Assembly: GCA_049472335.1 (NCBI GenBank) | Contig: JBLIRO010000108.1 | Location: 1 to 13,910, forward strand | Length of the DNA: 13,910 nucleotides | Reading direction: 5' to 3' | Source of the DNA: a bacterium | Lineage (GTDB): Bacteria > SZUA-182 > DTGQ01 > JAFGSM01 | In this document: in pieces, positions 5,998 through 13,910 of the stretch | Layout: every line of letters begins with the position of its first letter | Position numbering within the stretch: position 1 is the first letter of the stretch | Program-made: the position numbers and the translations under genes | The notes under the pieces: generated by a model | The model's input: the letters and a program-made list of their open reading frames with translations, nothing else | Told to the model about the DNA's origin: nothing | Databases searched by the model: none

Positions 5998-6984
5998 TCA
6001 TTCCATATGCTTAGAAAGCTCTTTATAATTAAATAATTTTCTATAATCAATCAATCCGGCAAGGGCCCTTGAATGAACCTTGATCCCTTTCTCCTCCAGG
6101 ATTGCAACCGGATTCAGACCACCGATAACAATGGCCCCTACCCTCCCCTCACTTACAGGTATTTCCAGCAAGGGTTGTCCTGGCCAGCCGATCTTCATAA
6201 ATCCCCCCAGACCTATCTTTTCAAGCTTATGAGCAAGATCGATTACCTTATCCCTGCTTTCTGCAGGTACTTCTCTGAAACTAGCTCCGATTCGGCCATC
6301 TCCGGTTTCTGTTGCACCAATGTAATCAGTCATGCCGCTTCGAATAAAAATCTCAAGAGGGTCCAGACTCGTTCCATCATATTTTATAATTTCAACGAAA
6401 CGGGTAGGCTTTTTCCCTTTGAGCTCTAATAGTCCGCCAAACCTTGAAGTTGTAGGAATTCCGTGTTGTAGCAAAACACCGTTTAACGTTATTGAGCATA
6501 CTGTACCAATACCAATCATACCACTTGGTACAGACATCTCACCTATCTTCTCACCCGGATTCAATAGTGTCATAAGATGACCCATCGCATACCCTTCCTC
6601 AAAAACCTTGCTGATTAACGATATTGTTTTTTTCAATTGATCTCGCTCAAGGATGCTTGTGTTAATAACCACAGTACCTTCCCTGTTTTTCAAATCAAAA
6701 TTCATTCGATATGTCATCTGGTCAATCTTTGCTGTTAGGAATCCAACCTTATCAAACACCCTTGCAGTCTTAAGCTCCATTAATCCCCTGTCTGTAATAA
6801 GCCGTCCCTTTTTGCCGAACTTTTCTGTAAGTCCCGCATTATCCATAGCAAGAAGATAAAAACGTACGGTTCTTTCGCTTACTTCGTTTCCCATGGCTTG
6901 AAGCTGTTCTGTAATCTCCGAGCTTCCTATTGGAGTGTCATATTCTTGAAGTATCTTTAAAATAGCCAATTTTTTCTTTTCCAT
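5998..6984 (-). CDS. nrpR: NrpR-family nitrogen regulatory repressor (winged HTH + NRD/DUF128 domain)
   Basis: N-terminal ILKIL..PIGS..SERTVRFYL..G.T...GKKGR.IT..G wHTH. NRD motifs GTVCSITLNGVLL, FGGLLE, Y.GTSLDPLEIFI, ASFREVP and GGLNPVA. Start set at ATG 6984 (AAGGA upstream); 6996 is an alternative. Confidence 0.9.
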   Translation of the reverse strand: MEKKKLAILKILQEYDTPIGSSEITEQLQAMGNEVSERTVRFYLLAMDNAGLTEKFGKKGRLITDRGLMELKTARVFDKVGFLTAKIDQMTYRMNFDLKNREGTVVINTSILERDQLKKTISLISKVFEEGYAMGHLMTLLNPGEKIGEMSVPSGMIGIGTVCSITLNGVLLQHGIPTTSRFGGLLELKGKKPTRFVEIIKYDGTSLDPLEIFIRSGMTDYIGATETGDGRIGASFREVPAESRDKVIDLAHKLEKIGLGGFMKIGWPGQPLLEIPVSEGRVGAIVIGGLNPVAILEEKGIKVHSRALAGLIDYRKLFNYKELSKHME

Positions 6985-7003
6985 TTTTTCCTTCATAATG
7001 CAG

Positions 7004-7032
7004 ATTATGACATTCAATTCTCAAAAAGTCAA
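7004..7032 (-). promoter_or_regulatory. sigma70-type promoter for nrpR
   Basis: Minus strand TTGACT-N17-CATAAT with a TG extension. Predicted start near 6997/6996. Confidence 0.6.
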
Positions 7033-7253
7033 CAGACAATCGGCAATTTTACCGTATAAATAAAAAGTATGGAATTTTTAGATTTTATAAAAAATTTTTC
7101 AATTAAGCAAAAGTATATAGAGTTAGATATGATTTATCATTTGCAACAAGGTTGTTAAAGTGTCATCAATGGCATGATTACCAATAAAGCTAATTATTTT
7201 AAAGCTAAGATTGTTTTAAAAATAAAAATTTTTAAAAAATATGTAAAATTCTA

Positions 7254-7282
7254 TTGACATTTTCTGAATATTAAGATATTAT
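7254..7282 (+). promoter_or_regulatory. sigma70-type promoter for the glutamate synthase-family gene
   Basis: TTGACA (7254-7259)-N17-TATTAT (7277-7282). Confidence 0.7.
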
Positions 7283-7299
7283 TGGCAATTAATTGCCAA
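7282..7299. promoter_or_regulatory. Candidate NrpR operator 1
   Basis: Perfect 18-bp palindrome TTGGCAATTAATTGCCAA (core GGCA-N6-TGCC) covering the predicted transcription start. Confidence 0.65.
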
Positions 7300-7377
7300 A
7301 TTAATGCTCTGATCAAAAAAACTAAAAAAAAATAATTCTTTTAAAAAATTAAAAGCCCGTTCAAGCCACACAAATAA

Positions 7378-7397
7378 TTTGGCAATTTATAGCCAAA
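7378..7397. promoter_or_regulatory. Candidate NrpR operator 2
   Basis: TTTGGCAATTTATAGCCAAA (core GGCA-N6-AGCC), 97 bp downstream of operator 1 and just before the AAGGAGG RBS. Confidence 0.55.
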
Positions 7398-7416
7398 AAA
7401 CAAAGGAGGTAAGATT

Positions 7417-9000
7417 ATGAATTTACATCGACCAAATTCAAATGAGGCTGTAAAAACAGCCAACCGTTCCCGAAATGTTGCTCCACAATCAGGTATATGC
7501 AGTAGGTGTATAGACGGATGCAAAGGAAACTGTGATCTCTTTCACTCAACATTTCGCGGCCGAGAGCTTATTTACCCCAGCCCGTTTGGCTCAGTAATTG
7601 CCGGAGCAGACAAGGATTATCCGGTGGACTATTCACACCTTAATATTATGGGATACGCGCTTGGCGCGGAAGGGACCACGGCTGATCCCGATCACGCGAC
7701 CTTCCCCACAGTAAACACAGAAACCTCTTATGGAACAGCCAATAAGGTCAAGATGAAGATTCCCATATTTACCGGGGCGCTAGGAAGCACTGAAATCGCA
7801 AGAAAGAACTGGGAACACTTCGCGGTCGGTGCCGCAATAAGCGGTATCAGTCTGGTTTGCGGAGAGAATGTTTGCGGAATCGATCCAAAGCTGGTCAGAG
7901 ACCAGAATGGGAAAGTCAAGGAAGCACCGGATATGAAAAGGAGGGTGGAAGAATTCCGCCGTTACCATGACGGATGGGGGGACATCCTTGTTCAAATGAA
8001 TGTGGAGGATACGCGGCTGGGAGTTGCTGAATATGTTATTGAAAAATTAGGCGTTGAAACCATCGAGCTGAAATGGGGCCAGGGTGCGAAATGTATAGGT
8101 GGCGAGATCAAGGTAAATTCCCTTGAAAGGGCCCAGGAATTAAAAAAGAGGGGCTACATTGTAACCCCGGATCCTGATAACCCGGCAATCATTGCAGCAT
8201 TTAAAGACACAGCCATCAAGGAATTCGAGCGTCATTCACGGCTGGGTTTTGTGGACAGAGATAGTTTTGTTAAAGAGGTGGAAAGGGTAAGGGGGCTTGG
8301 CGCAAAAAGAGTAACCCTTAAGACAGGCGCCTACCCCATGAGAGAGCTGGCTATGGCTATCCGCTGGTCTTCTGATGCCAGGATAGATCTTTTAACCATT
8401 GACGGGGCACCCGGCGGTACCGGAATGAGCCCATGGGGCATGATGAATGAGTGGGGCGTGCCGGCTATCTATCTCCATTCAATGACTGTGGAGCTTTGCA
8501 ACCGCTTAGCAAAGAAAGGGGCCTGGGTTCCTGATATTGCTTTCGCAGGTGGATTTTCTACCGAAGATCATATATTCAAAGCCATTGCCCTCGGCGCACC
8601 ATATGTAAAGGCAATATGTATGGGCCGTGCACTCATGATTCCCGGTATGGTGGGCAAAAATATCGGAAATTGGATAAATGGTGAGGACGGCGGACTACCC
8701 AAGACTGTCGCCGTATATGGAAACACTAAGGAAGAAATATTTATCCTGTACGAAGAAGTAAAAGCCAAATATGGTTCAGATGCGGATAAAATGCCATTAG
8801 GCGCTATTGGTATATATTGCGCTTGCGATAAGCTCAAAGTAGGGCTTCAGCAACTGATGGCAGGAGCTAGAAAATGGAAGACCGAATTTATCACAAGAAA
8901 GGATATTGCCTCCCTTACTGAAGAATGCTCAAAAATAACGGGTATCCCATATATTATGGATGCCTATAGAGAAGATGCTCTCAAAATAATTGATTCCTAG
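7417..9000 (+). CDS. Stand-alone FMN-binding glutamate synthase-family protein (GltB2-like) with N-terminal Cys cluster
   Basis: CSRCIDGCKGNC, IELKWGQGAKCIGGE, LTIDGAPGGTGMSP, FAGGF..EDHIFKAIALGAP and MGRA motifs; strong RBS AAGGAGG. Confidence 0.9.
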   Translation: MNLHRPNSNEAVKTANRSRNVAPQSGICSRCIDGCKGNCDLFHSTFRGRELIYPSPFGSVIAGADKDYPVDYSHLNIMGYALGAEGTTADPDHATFPTVNTETSYGTANKVKMKIPIFTGALGSTEIARKNWEHFAVGAAISGISLVCGENVCGIDPKLVRDQNGKVKEAPDMKRRVEEFRRYHDGWGDILVQMNVEDTRLGVAEYVIEKLGVETIELKWGQGAKCIGGEIKVNSLERAQELKKRGYIVTPDPDNPAIIAAFKDTAIKEFERHSRLGFVDRDSFVKEVERVRGLGAKRVTLKTGAYPMRELAMAIRWSSDARIDLLTIDGAPGGTGMSPWGMMNEWGVPAIYLHSMTVELCNRLAKKGAWVPDIAFAGGFSTEDHIFKAIALGAPYVKAICMGRALMIPGMVGKNIGNWINGEDGGLPKTVAVYGNTKEEIFILYEEVKAKYGSDADKMPLGAIGIYCACDKLKVGLQQLMAGARKWKTEFITRKDIASLTEECSKITGIPYIMDAYREDALKIIDS

Positions 9001-9019
9001 CACTTCGTCATATATTTTT

Positions 9020-9052
9020 AAAGGGCACAGCAATAGCTGTGCCCTTTTTTTA
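9020..9052 (+). terminator. Intrinsic terminator
   Basis: AAAGGGCACAGC-AATA-GCTGTGCCCTTT followed by a T run, 20 nt after the stop. Confidence 0.88.
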
Positions 9053-9291
9053 TTCATCTCATAATCCAGGAAACAATGCCTTAAACCGACAAGGTCAAAA
9101 GGAGCATGCATTTTTTAAACAACTAAAATGCTACTATATTTTCATGATGACTTTGTAATGAAAAGTTTTAAAAAAAATGATATATATTGGTTTACTCTAT
9201 ATTTTTCGTATACTTTTTTGGAAAAAACTCAGTTACACATTAATCAGAATTAAAAAATCTTTTATTTATCTTATTTAGGGAGAAAAACTGC

Positions 9292-10938
9292 TTGACCCAT
9301 ATAAAGATAATCTTAAAAAACATCGTCGGATTTATTGACAGCAAACCCAAAATATTACTCTTTATGCTCCTTATGATATTTTTTATTCACTGTTATGTCA
9401 GCTCATTTAAAAACTCTGTAACTGCCGATGAATTTGCTCATCTTCCCGCAGGGCTGCTTTATTGGAAGACAGGAGATTTCAGAATATATTATCAGAATCC
9501 TCCCCTTATAAAACTTATGGCATCTTTCCCATTGCTTTTTTCACCCGCCGAGCTTCCAAATAAATTCAAAGGAAGATGGGGATTAGGTTATGGTTTCATG
9601 ATTAAAAACAAAGATATATATCATTTATTGTTTGTATTGGGCAGGATCGTTATTATACTTCTATCACTTTTTACGGCCTGGCTTTTATTTAGATTTGCGT
9701 CGGAAACCCTGGGGACAAAGGCTGCTCTTTTTTCGGTCTTTTTGTTCATTTTTTCCCCCAATATCATTGCCCATTCCTATCTGGTTACAACAGATATCGG
9801 GGCTGCTCTCGGTATCATGGCTGCATTATATATACTCTGGAAATTTCTCAATGATCCGTCTCCCAAATTACTCCTGCTTTGTGGAATTGTATTCGGACTT
9901 GCCCAGCTTACAAAATTCTCCACCTTGATCCTGATCCCTGCCTTTCCGGTCTTGATAATACTAAATTATTTTTTCGGAATAAAAAAATTAAATCTTAAAA
10001 AGATGATTCTGACCATCCTGATCATCTTTTTTATAGGGATCTTGATAATAAACTCCTGCTATCTTTTTAAAGGCTCCTTCAAACCCATCTATACTTATTC
10101 ATTTCGTAGCTCTTTTTTCATGGCTCTTGCATCATTTACACCTGAATGGCTTCCCATCCCGTATCCCAAAGATTATATATCCGGTCTGGATGCTCAAAAA
10201 TATGAATCTGACAGGCGTCCTGTCCCTGTCTATCTTTTCGGAAAACTTTCACCCAGCGGCTGGTGGTATTATTTTCTTTTCGCCTTTTTTTTAAAAACCC
10301 CTATTCCTATAATTATTCTATTCTTCTGGTTTATATCTATATATTTATACAATCTTGTGCAAGGGAAAAAGGATTTCTTTTTTATATATATATTTACATT
10401 TATCGTAATGTATTTAGTATCCTTCTCCTTATCGGTCATAAATCTGGGCGTAAGGTATATTCTTCCCATTTATCCTTTGATATTTTTATTGTCAGGATAC
10501 CTGATAAAACAAATCGGATTTAAGGGAAAAATCCTTTTGCTCGCTTTGTCGATATGGTTGGTAATCAATACCTCATTAATATATCCAAATCATCTTTCCT
10601 TTTTTAATGAAATTACGGGCGGTTTCCAAAATGGTTATAAATATCTCGCTGATTCTAATATCGATTGGGGACAGGACTTGATATCCTTAAAAAAATACCT
10701 GTATAAAAACAAAATAGATTCCATCTATCTTTCTCACTTCGGGCTTGTCGATCCTCAGGTATATGGTATAAAATATAAGCCTTTACCGCCATATCCGGTA
10801 AAAGGTAGAATTGCCATAAGCGTGAATCATCTGTTAGGTATATCGCCCTGGAAAAAGACCGGAGAATCCTTTAGTTGGTTAAGGGAACTGGAGCCTGATG
10901 ACCGTGCAGGATACTCCATATTAATTTATAGGCTTTAA
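9292..10938 (+). CDS. GT-C fold membrane glycosyltransferase (ArnT/PMT, GT39/GT83-like)
   Basis: T-A-DE-F-AH motif after TM1, plus NPPLIK, FSPNIIAHSYLVTTD, AQLTKFS, GVRYILP and DSNIDWGQD; many hydrophobic segments. TTG start with AGGGAG upstream; exact start uncertain. Confidence 0.85.
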   Translation: MTHIKIILKNIVGFIDSKPKILLFMLLMIFFIHCYVSSFKNSVTADEFAHLPAGLLYWKTGDFRIYYQNPPLIKLMASFPLLFSPAELPNKFKGRWGLGYGFMIKNKDIYHLLFVLGRIVIILLSLFTAWLLFRFASETLGTKAALFSVFLFIFSPNIIAHSYLVTTDIGAALGIMAALYILWKFLNDPSPKLLLLCGIVFGLAQLTKFSTLILIPAFPVLIILNYFFGIKKLNLKKMILTILIIFFIGILIINSCYLFKGSFKPIYTYSFRSSFFMALASFTPEWLPIPYPKDYISGLDAQKYESDRRPVPVYLFGKLSPSGWWYYFLFAFFLKTPIPIIILFFWFISIYLYNLVQGKKDFFFIYIFTFIVMYLVSFSLSVINLGVRYILPIYPLIFLLSGYLIKQIGFKGKILLLALSIWLVINTSLIYPNHLSFFNEITGGFQNGYKYLADSNIDWGQDLISLKKYLYKNKIDSIYLSHFGLVDPQVYGIKYKPLPPYPVKGRIAISVNHLLGISPWKKTGESFSWLRELEPDDRAGYSILIYRL

Positions 10939-11008
10939 TGACTGACTTTAACCATAAAACATTCTATGCGCGATATAGATTTTGAATTTGATACGGGAGG
11001 ACTTGTAA

Positions 11009-11923
11009 TTGCAGGCTGTTATTGTTGAAGCAAAGGATTTACAGAAAAATTTCGGGGATCTCGCCGCGGTTGACGGTGTGACATTTAATGTTACATCCGG
11101 AGAATGTTTCGGTATACTCGGTCCTAACGGGGCCGGAAAAACCTCTACCATTAGAATGATATATGGTTTTTCTCCAATGACTGCCGGAAATCTTTCTGTT
11201 TTTGGTTTGGATATATCAAAGGATGCATATAGCATAAAATCCAGAATCGGGGTCTGTCAACAGGAAAACAGCCTTGATCCGGATCTCACGGTCAGAGAAA
11301 ATCTGGAGGTTTTTGCAGGTTATTTTAATATCCCTAAAAAAGAAGCAAAAAGAAGGGCAGAGGAACTGTTGAACTTTAATGTTCTTAATCACCGGGCTAA
11401 TGATAAAGTCTCAGAACTTTCAGGGGGACTTATGCGACGATTGGTTTTGGCCCGTGCGCTCATCAATAAACCTGATCTTTTGATTCTTGATGAACCTACA
11501 ACAGGTTTGGATCCTCAAACAAGGCATCAAATCTGGGCGCGATTGGAGAAACTCAAAGCACAGGGCCTCACCATCCTATTGACCACTCATTATATGGAAG
11601 AGGCTTCGCGTCTATGCGATCGACTCATAATAATGGACCATGGACATATCCTGGTGGAAGGAAAGCCCATTAGTCTCATAAAAGATTATGTCGGTCATAA
11701 TGTTATTGAAATTTCCGATCCATGTAGCGAATTGGTTGATTATGTACAAATACAGAACCTGGAATATGAAAATTTAGGCCATCGACTTTTGATATATGGA
11801 CAAGAAGGTGATGACCTCTTTTATACAATCAGCAACACATTTTGTAATGAAGGATGTATCTTACGCATGGCCACCCTTGAAGACGTTTTTTTAAAATTGA
11901 CTGGAAGAGAGCTTAGAGAATGA
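11009..11923 (+). CDS. ABC exporter ATP-binding subunit (NodI/DrrA-like)
   Basis: Walker A GPNGAGKT, signature LSGGL, Walker B LLILDEPTTGLDP, H-loop TTHYMEEA and C-terminal TLEDVFLKLTGR; GGGAGG RBS. Confidence 0.92.
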   Translation: MQAVIVEAKDLQKNFGDLAAVDGVTFNVTSGECFGILGPNGAGKTSTIRMIYGFSPMTAGNLSVFGLDISKDAYSIKSRIGVCQQENSLDPDLTVRENLEVFAGYFNIPKKEAKRRAEELLNFNVLNHRANDKVSELSGGLMRRLVLARALINKPDLLILDEPTTGLDPQTRHQIWARLEKLKAQGLTILLTTHYMEEASRLCDRLIIMDHGHILVEGKPISLIKDYVGHNVIEISDPCSELVDYVQIQNLEYENLGHRLLIYGQEGDDLFYTISNTFCNEGCILRMATLEDVFLKLTGRELRE

Positions 11924-12711
11924 AACAAATCTGGAATTTTAAAATAACAAGGAGATTTATTCGGGTTTGGCAGCGTGATTTAAAGGTATATGGAAAAACC
12001 TGGAAAATAAATTTTCTGCCTCCGTTACTGGAACCTCTTTTTTATGTTTTGGCTTTTGGCTTAGGTTTGGGCGCCATGATTGGAAGTATTGAATATCTTA
12101 ATACCGAAATATCATATGTTTCTTTTATTGCGCCTGCCCTGATTTCAATTACAATAATGAATAATGCCTTTTTTGAAAACACATACGCGTCTTTCGTGAG
12201 GATGTATTATCAAAAAACATTTGATTCCATGATGGCAACCCCCCTTTCACTGGAAGAAATTATAACGGGTGAGATCATCTGGGGAGCTTCAAAATCCGTA
12301 ATAGCAACCATAATCATGATGATCATACTCAGTTTATTTAAACTTATAAATTTCCCTTCAGGATTTCTGCTTATTCCTCTTGCATTTATTGGAGGTATGG
12401 CCTTCGGATCTATCGGAATGTTCTTTACCGGCATCATCCCGAATATAGAATCCTTTAATTTACCTGTATTTTTATTCATTACCCCTATGTTTCTTTTCAG
12501 CGAGACCTTTTTCCCTCTTTCAAATATACCATTATGGGCACGGATAATATCTTTATTTTCCCCTCTGACGCATCTTGTCCAAATCAGCCGCGCCTTTAGT
12601 TTCGGCATGTTTAATCTTCAATTGTTGTTAAATTTTATGTATCTGATTTTCTTCTGCCTGGTGTTTTTTCACTTGGCCCTTTATAAGATGCGCGGGCGTC
12701 TTATAAAATAA
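11920..12711 (+). CDS. ABC-2 type permease (NodJ-like)
   Basis: ATGA overlap with the ATPase. EPLFYVLAFGLGLG, YVSFIAPAL, PMFLFSETFFP and PLTHLV motifs; about 6 hydrophobic segments. Confidence 0.9.
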   Translation: MKQIWNFKITRRFIRVWQRDLKVYGKTWKINFLPPLLEPLFYVLAFGLGLGAMIGSIEYLNTEISYVSFIAPALISITIMNNAFFENTYASFVRMYYQKTFDSMMATPLSLEEIITGEIIWGASKSVIATIIMMIILSLFKLINFPSGFLLIPLAFIGGMAFGSIGMFFTGIIPNIESFNLPVFLFITPMFLFSETFFPLSNIPLWARIISLFSPLTHLVQISRAFSFGMFNLQLLLNFMYLIFFCLVFFHLALYKMRGRLIK

Positions 12712-12726
12712 AGAATAAAAACGTAT

Positions 12727-13599
12727 CTAAACATGCCCCTCATTCTTTATCAATGAATATAAAACTTCCATATTTCTTTTGTCTTCATCCATTGCCCTTC
12801 CCTTTGGTGTTTCTAAAATCATAGGCAAGTGAACAAATCTTTCATCATTTAATAATAACCGGAAAGCCTCTAATCCCAAAAATCCTTCACCTATGTGCTC
12901 ATGCCTGTCTCTTCTGCTTCCCAATCCTGTTTTGGAATCATTTATATGAAAGGTATTTAAATGACATATACCGATAACTCCGGAAAAAGATTCAAAGGTT
13001 TTTTCATAGGCCTCACGGTTTCGAAGATCATATCCAGCAGCAAAAGCATGGCATGTATCAAAACAAACGCCTATTCTGTCTTGATCCTTTATCATGGATA
13101 AAATTTCAGCCAGATGCTCAAACCTGTATCCCAGGTTTGTACCTTGTCCGGCTGTATTTTCTAATAGTATCCTTACAGTGGAATTGGCTGTCTCGGAAAA
13201 TAATATGTTTAATCTTTCTGCAACCAGTTGCATTCCCCTCTTCTCTCCGATTCCCAGATGCGACCCTGGATGAATCACTAAAAAGGGGAGTTTCAGCTTC
13301 TCAGCCCTTTCAATCTCGTCCAGCATAGAATTAAAGGATTTTTTTGATTTTACCGGATCAATGGAAGCAAGATTTATCAAATAGTTATTGTGTGCAAGGA
13401 TCATCATTAGCGAGGACCTTTTTTTATGAAAATTTCTTAAATCCTCATCTTGTAGGGGTTTGGAAATCCAACGGTTATTATAACCCGTAAAAATCTGTAT
13501 AGCGGTACTGCCGATAGAAAGGCCTCTGTCTATACTTTTTGATATACCATTGCTAATGGACATATGGGCGCCAAGCAGTCTTTTCACTTCAGAGCTCAT
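12727..13599 (-). CDS. nfo: Endonuclease IV (AP endonuclease)
   Basis: GAHMSI, H..YLINLAS, HPGS, ENTAGQG, DTCHAFAAGYD, HINDSK, DRHEHIG and ILETP zinc-ligand motifs. Confidence 0.96.
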   Translation of the reverse strand: MSSEVKRLLGAHMSISNGISKSIDRGLSIGSTAIQIFTGYNNRWISKPLQDEDLRNFHKKRSSLMMILAHNNYLINLASIDPVKSKKSFNSMLDEIERAEKLKLPFLVIHPGSHLGIGEKRGMQLVAERLNILFSETANSTVRILLENTAGQGTNLGYRFEHLAEILSMIKDQDRIGVCFDTCHAFAAGYDLRNREAYEKTFESFSGVIGICHLNTFHINDSKTGLGSRRDRHEHIGEGFLGLEAFRLLLNDERFVHLPMILETPKGRAMDEDKRNMEVLYSLIKNEGHV

Positions 13600-13674
13600 T
13601 TGCCTTTTACTTGCCGGATTTATGAAAAATCAATGAAGATACCCAATAGATGAAATATGCTTTGGGTTTATTAT

Positions 13675-13713
13675 AAAAAAAAGAGGGCAGTGGATTTTCC
13701 GCTGCCCTCTTTT
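13675..13713 (-). terminator. Intrinsic terminator for the truncated minus-strand gene
   Basis: Minus strand AAAAGAGGGCAGCGGA-AAA-TCCACTGCCCTCTTTT followed by more T, about 22 nt after TAA 13736. Confidence 0.82.
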
Positions 13714-13735
13714 GGTCTATCACAGGTGAATTATA

Positions 13736-13909
13736 TTAATAACTCCACCATGGTTTCACGTCGAGGAAGAATTCCATAATGGCATATCCGCCTCTTATGT
13801 CGTAGAAGATTATTTCAACCATATAGGAGCCCGGGAAGTTGCTCTGGAATCTCCACATAAAGGAGCCGTCCGGAGCGCGTCCGCAGGAGCCTATGTTGCA
13901 TGATGCATA
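13736..13909 (-). CDS. C-terminal 57 aa of a gene running in from beyond the window (hypothetical, beta-rich)
   Basis: Open frame YASCNIGSCGRAPDGSFMWRFQSNFPGSYMVEIIFYDIRGGYAIMEFFLDVKPWWSY-stop, followed by a terminator; not in the supplied ORF track. Confidence 0.7.
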   Translation of the reverse strand, partial: YASCNIGSCGRAPDGSFMWRFQSNFPGSYMVEIIFYDIRGGYAIMEFFLDVKPWWSY

Positions 13910-13910
13910 T

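Noticed and set aside
7283..7296. TGGCAATTAATTGC as a sigma54 promoter
   Set aside because: Spacing is GG-N9-GC. It is better explained as a perfect palindromic operator after a clear sigma70 promoter.
6073..13328. Antisense and alternate-frame ORFs inside or overlapping nrpR, the glutamate synthase gene, the glycosyltransferase, the ABC genes and nfo
   Set aside because: They overlap well-supported genes and have no recognisable motifs.

Overview
AT-rich bacterial DNA in two parts. The left ~6 kb is an accessory region. It holds two secreted Gly/Tyr-rich low-complexity proteins (460-1626, 2398-3189), two short inverted-repeat-bounded MITE-like inserts, a decayed PHP-family metallohydrolase gene, and a minus-strand three-gene unit with two paralogous small secreted BON-like proteins. 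All four transcription units here share one promoter architecture, read directly from the sequence: a tandem pair of TCGAC-N6-GTCGA-like palindromes, an IHF-like box (clear in 3 of 4), then a sigma54-type GGCAT..TTGA element with a non-canonical -12. This suggests an undescribed enhancer-dependent regulon for envelope/matrix proteins. The right part is more conventional: nrpR divergent from a stand-alone FMN-binding glutamate synthase-family gene with two GGCA-N6-TGCC candidate operators, an ArnT/PMT-like glycosyltransferase, a NodI/NodJ-like ABC exporter, nfo, and the 3' end of a gene cut by the window edge. All calls come from manual reading; no database search was run.
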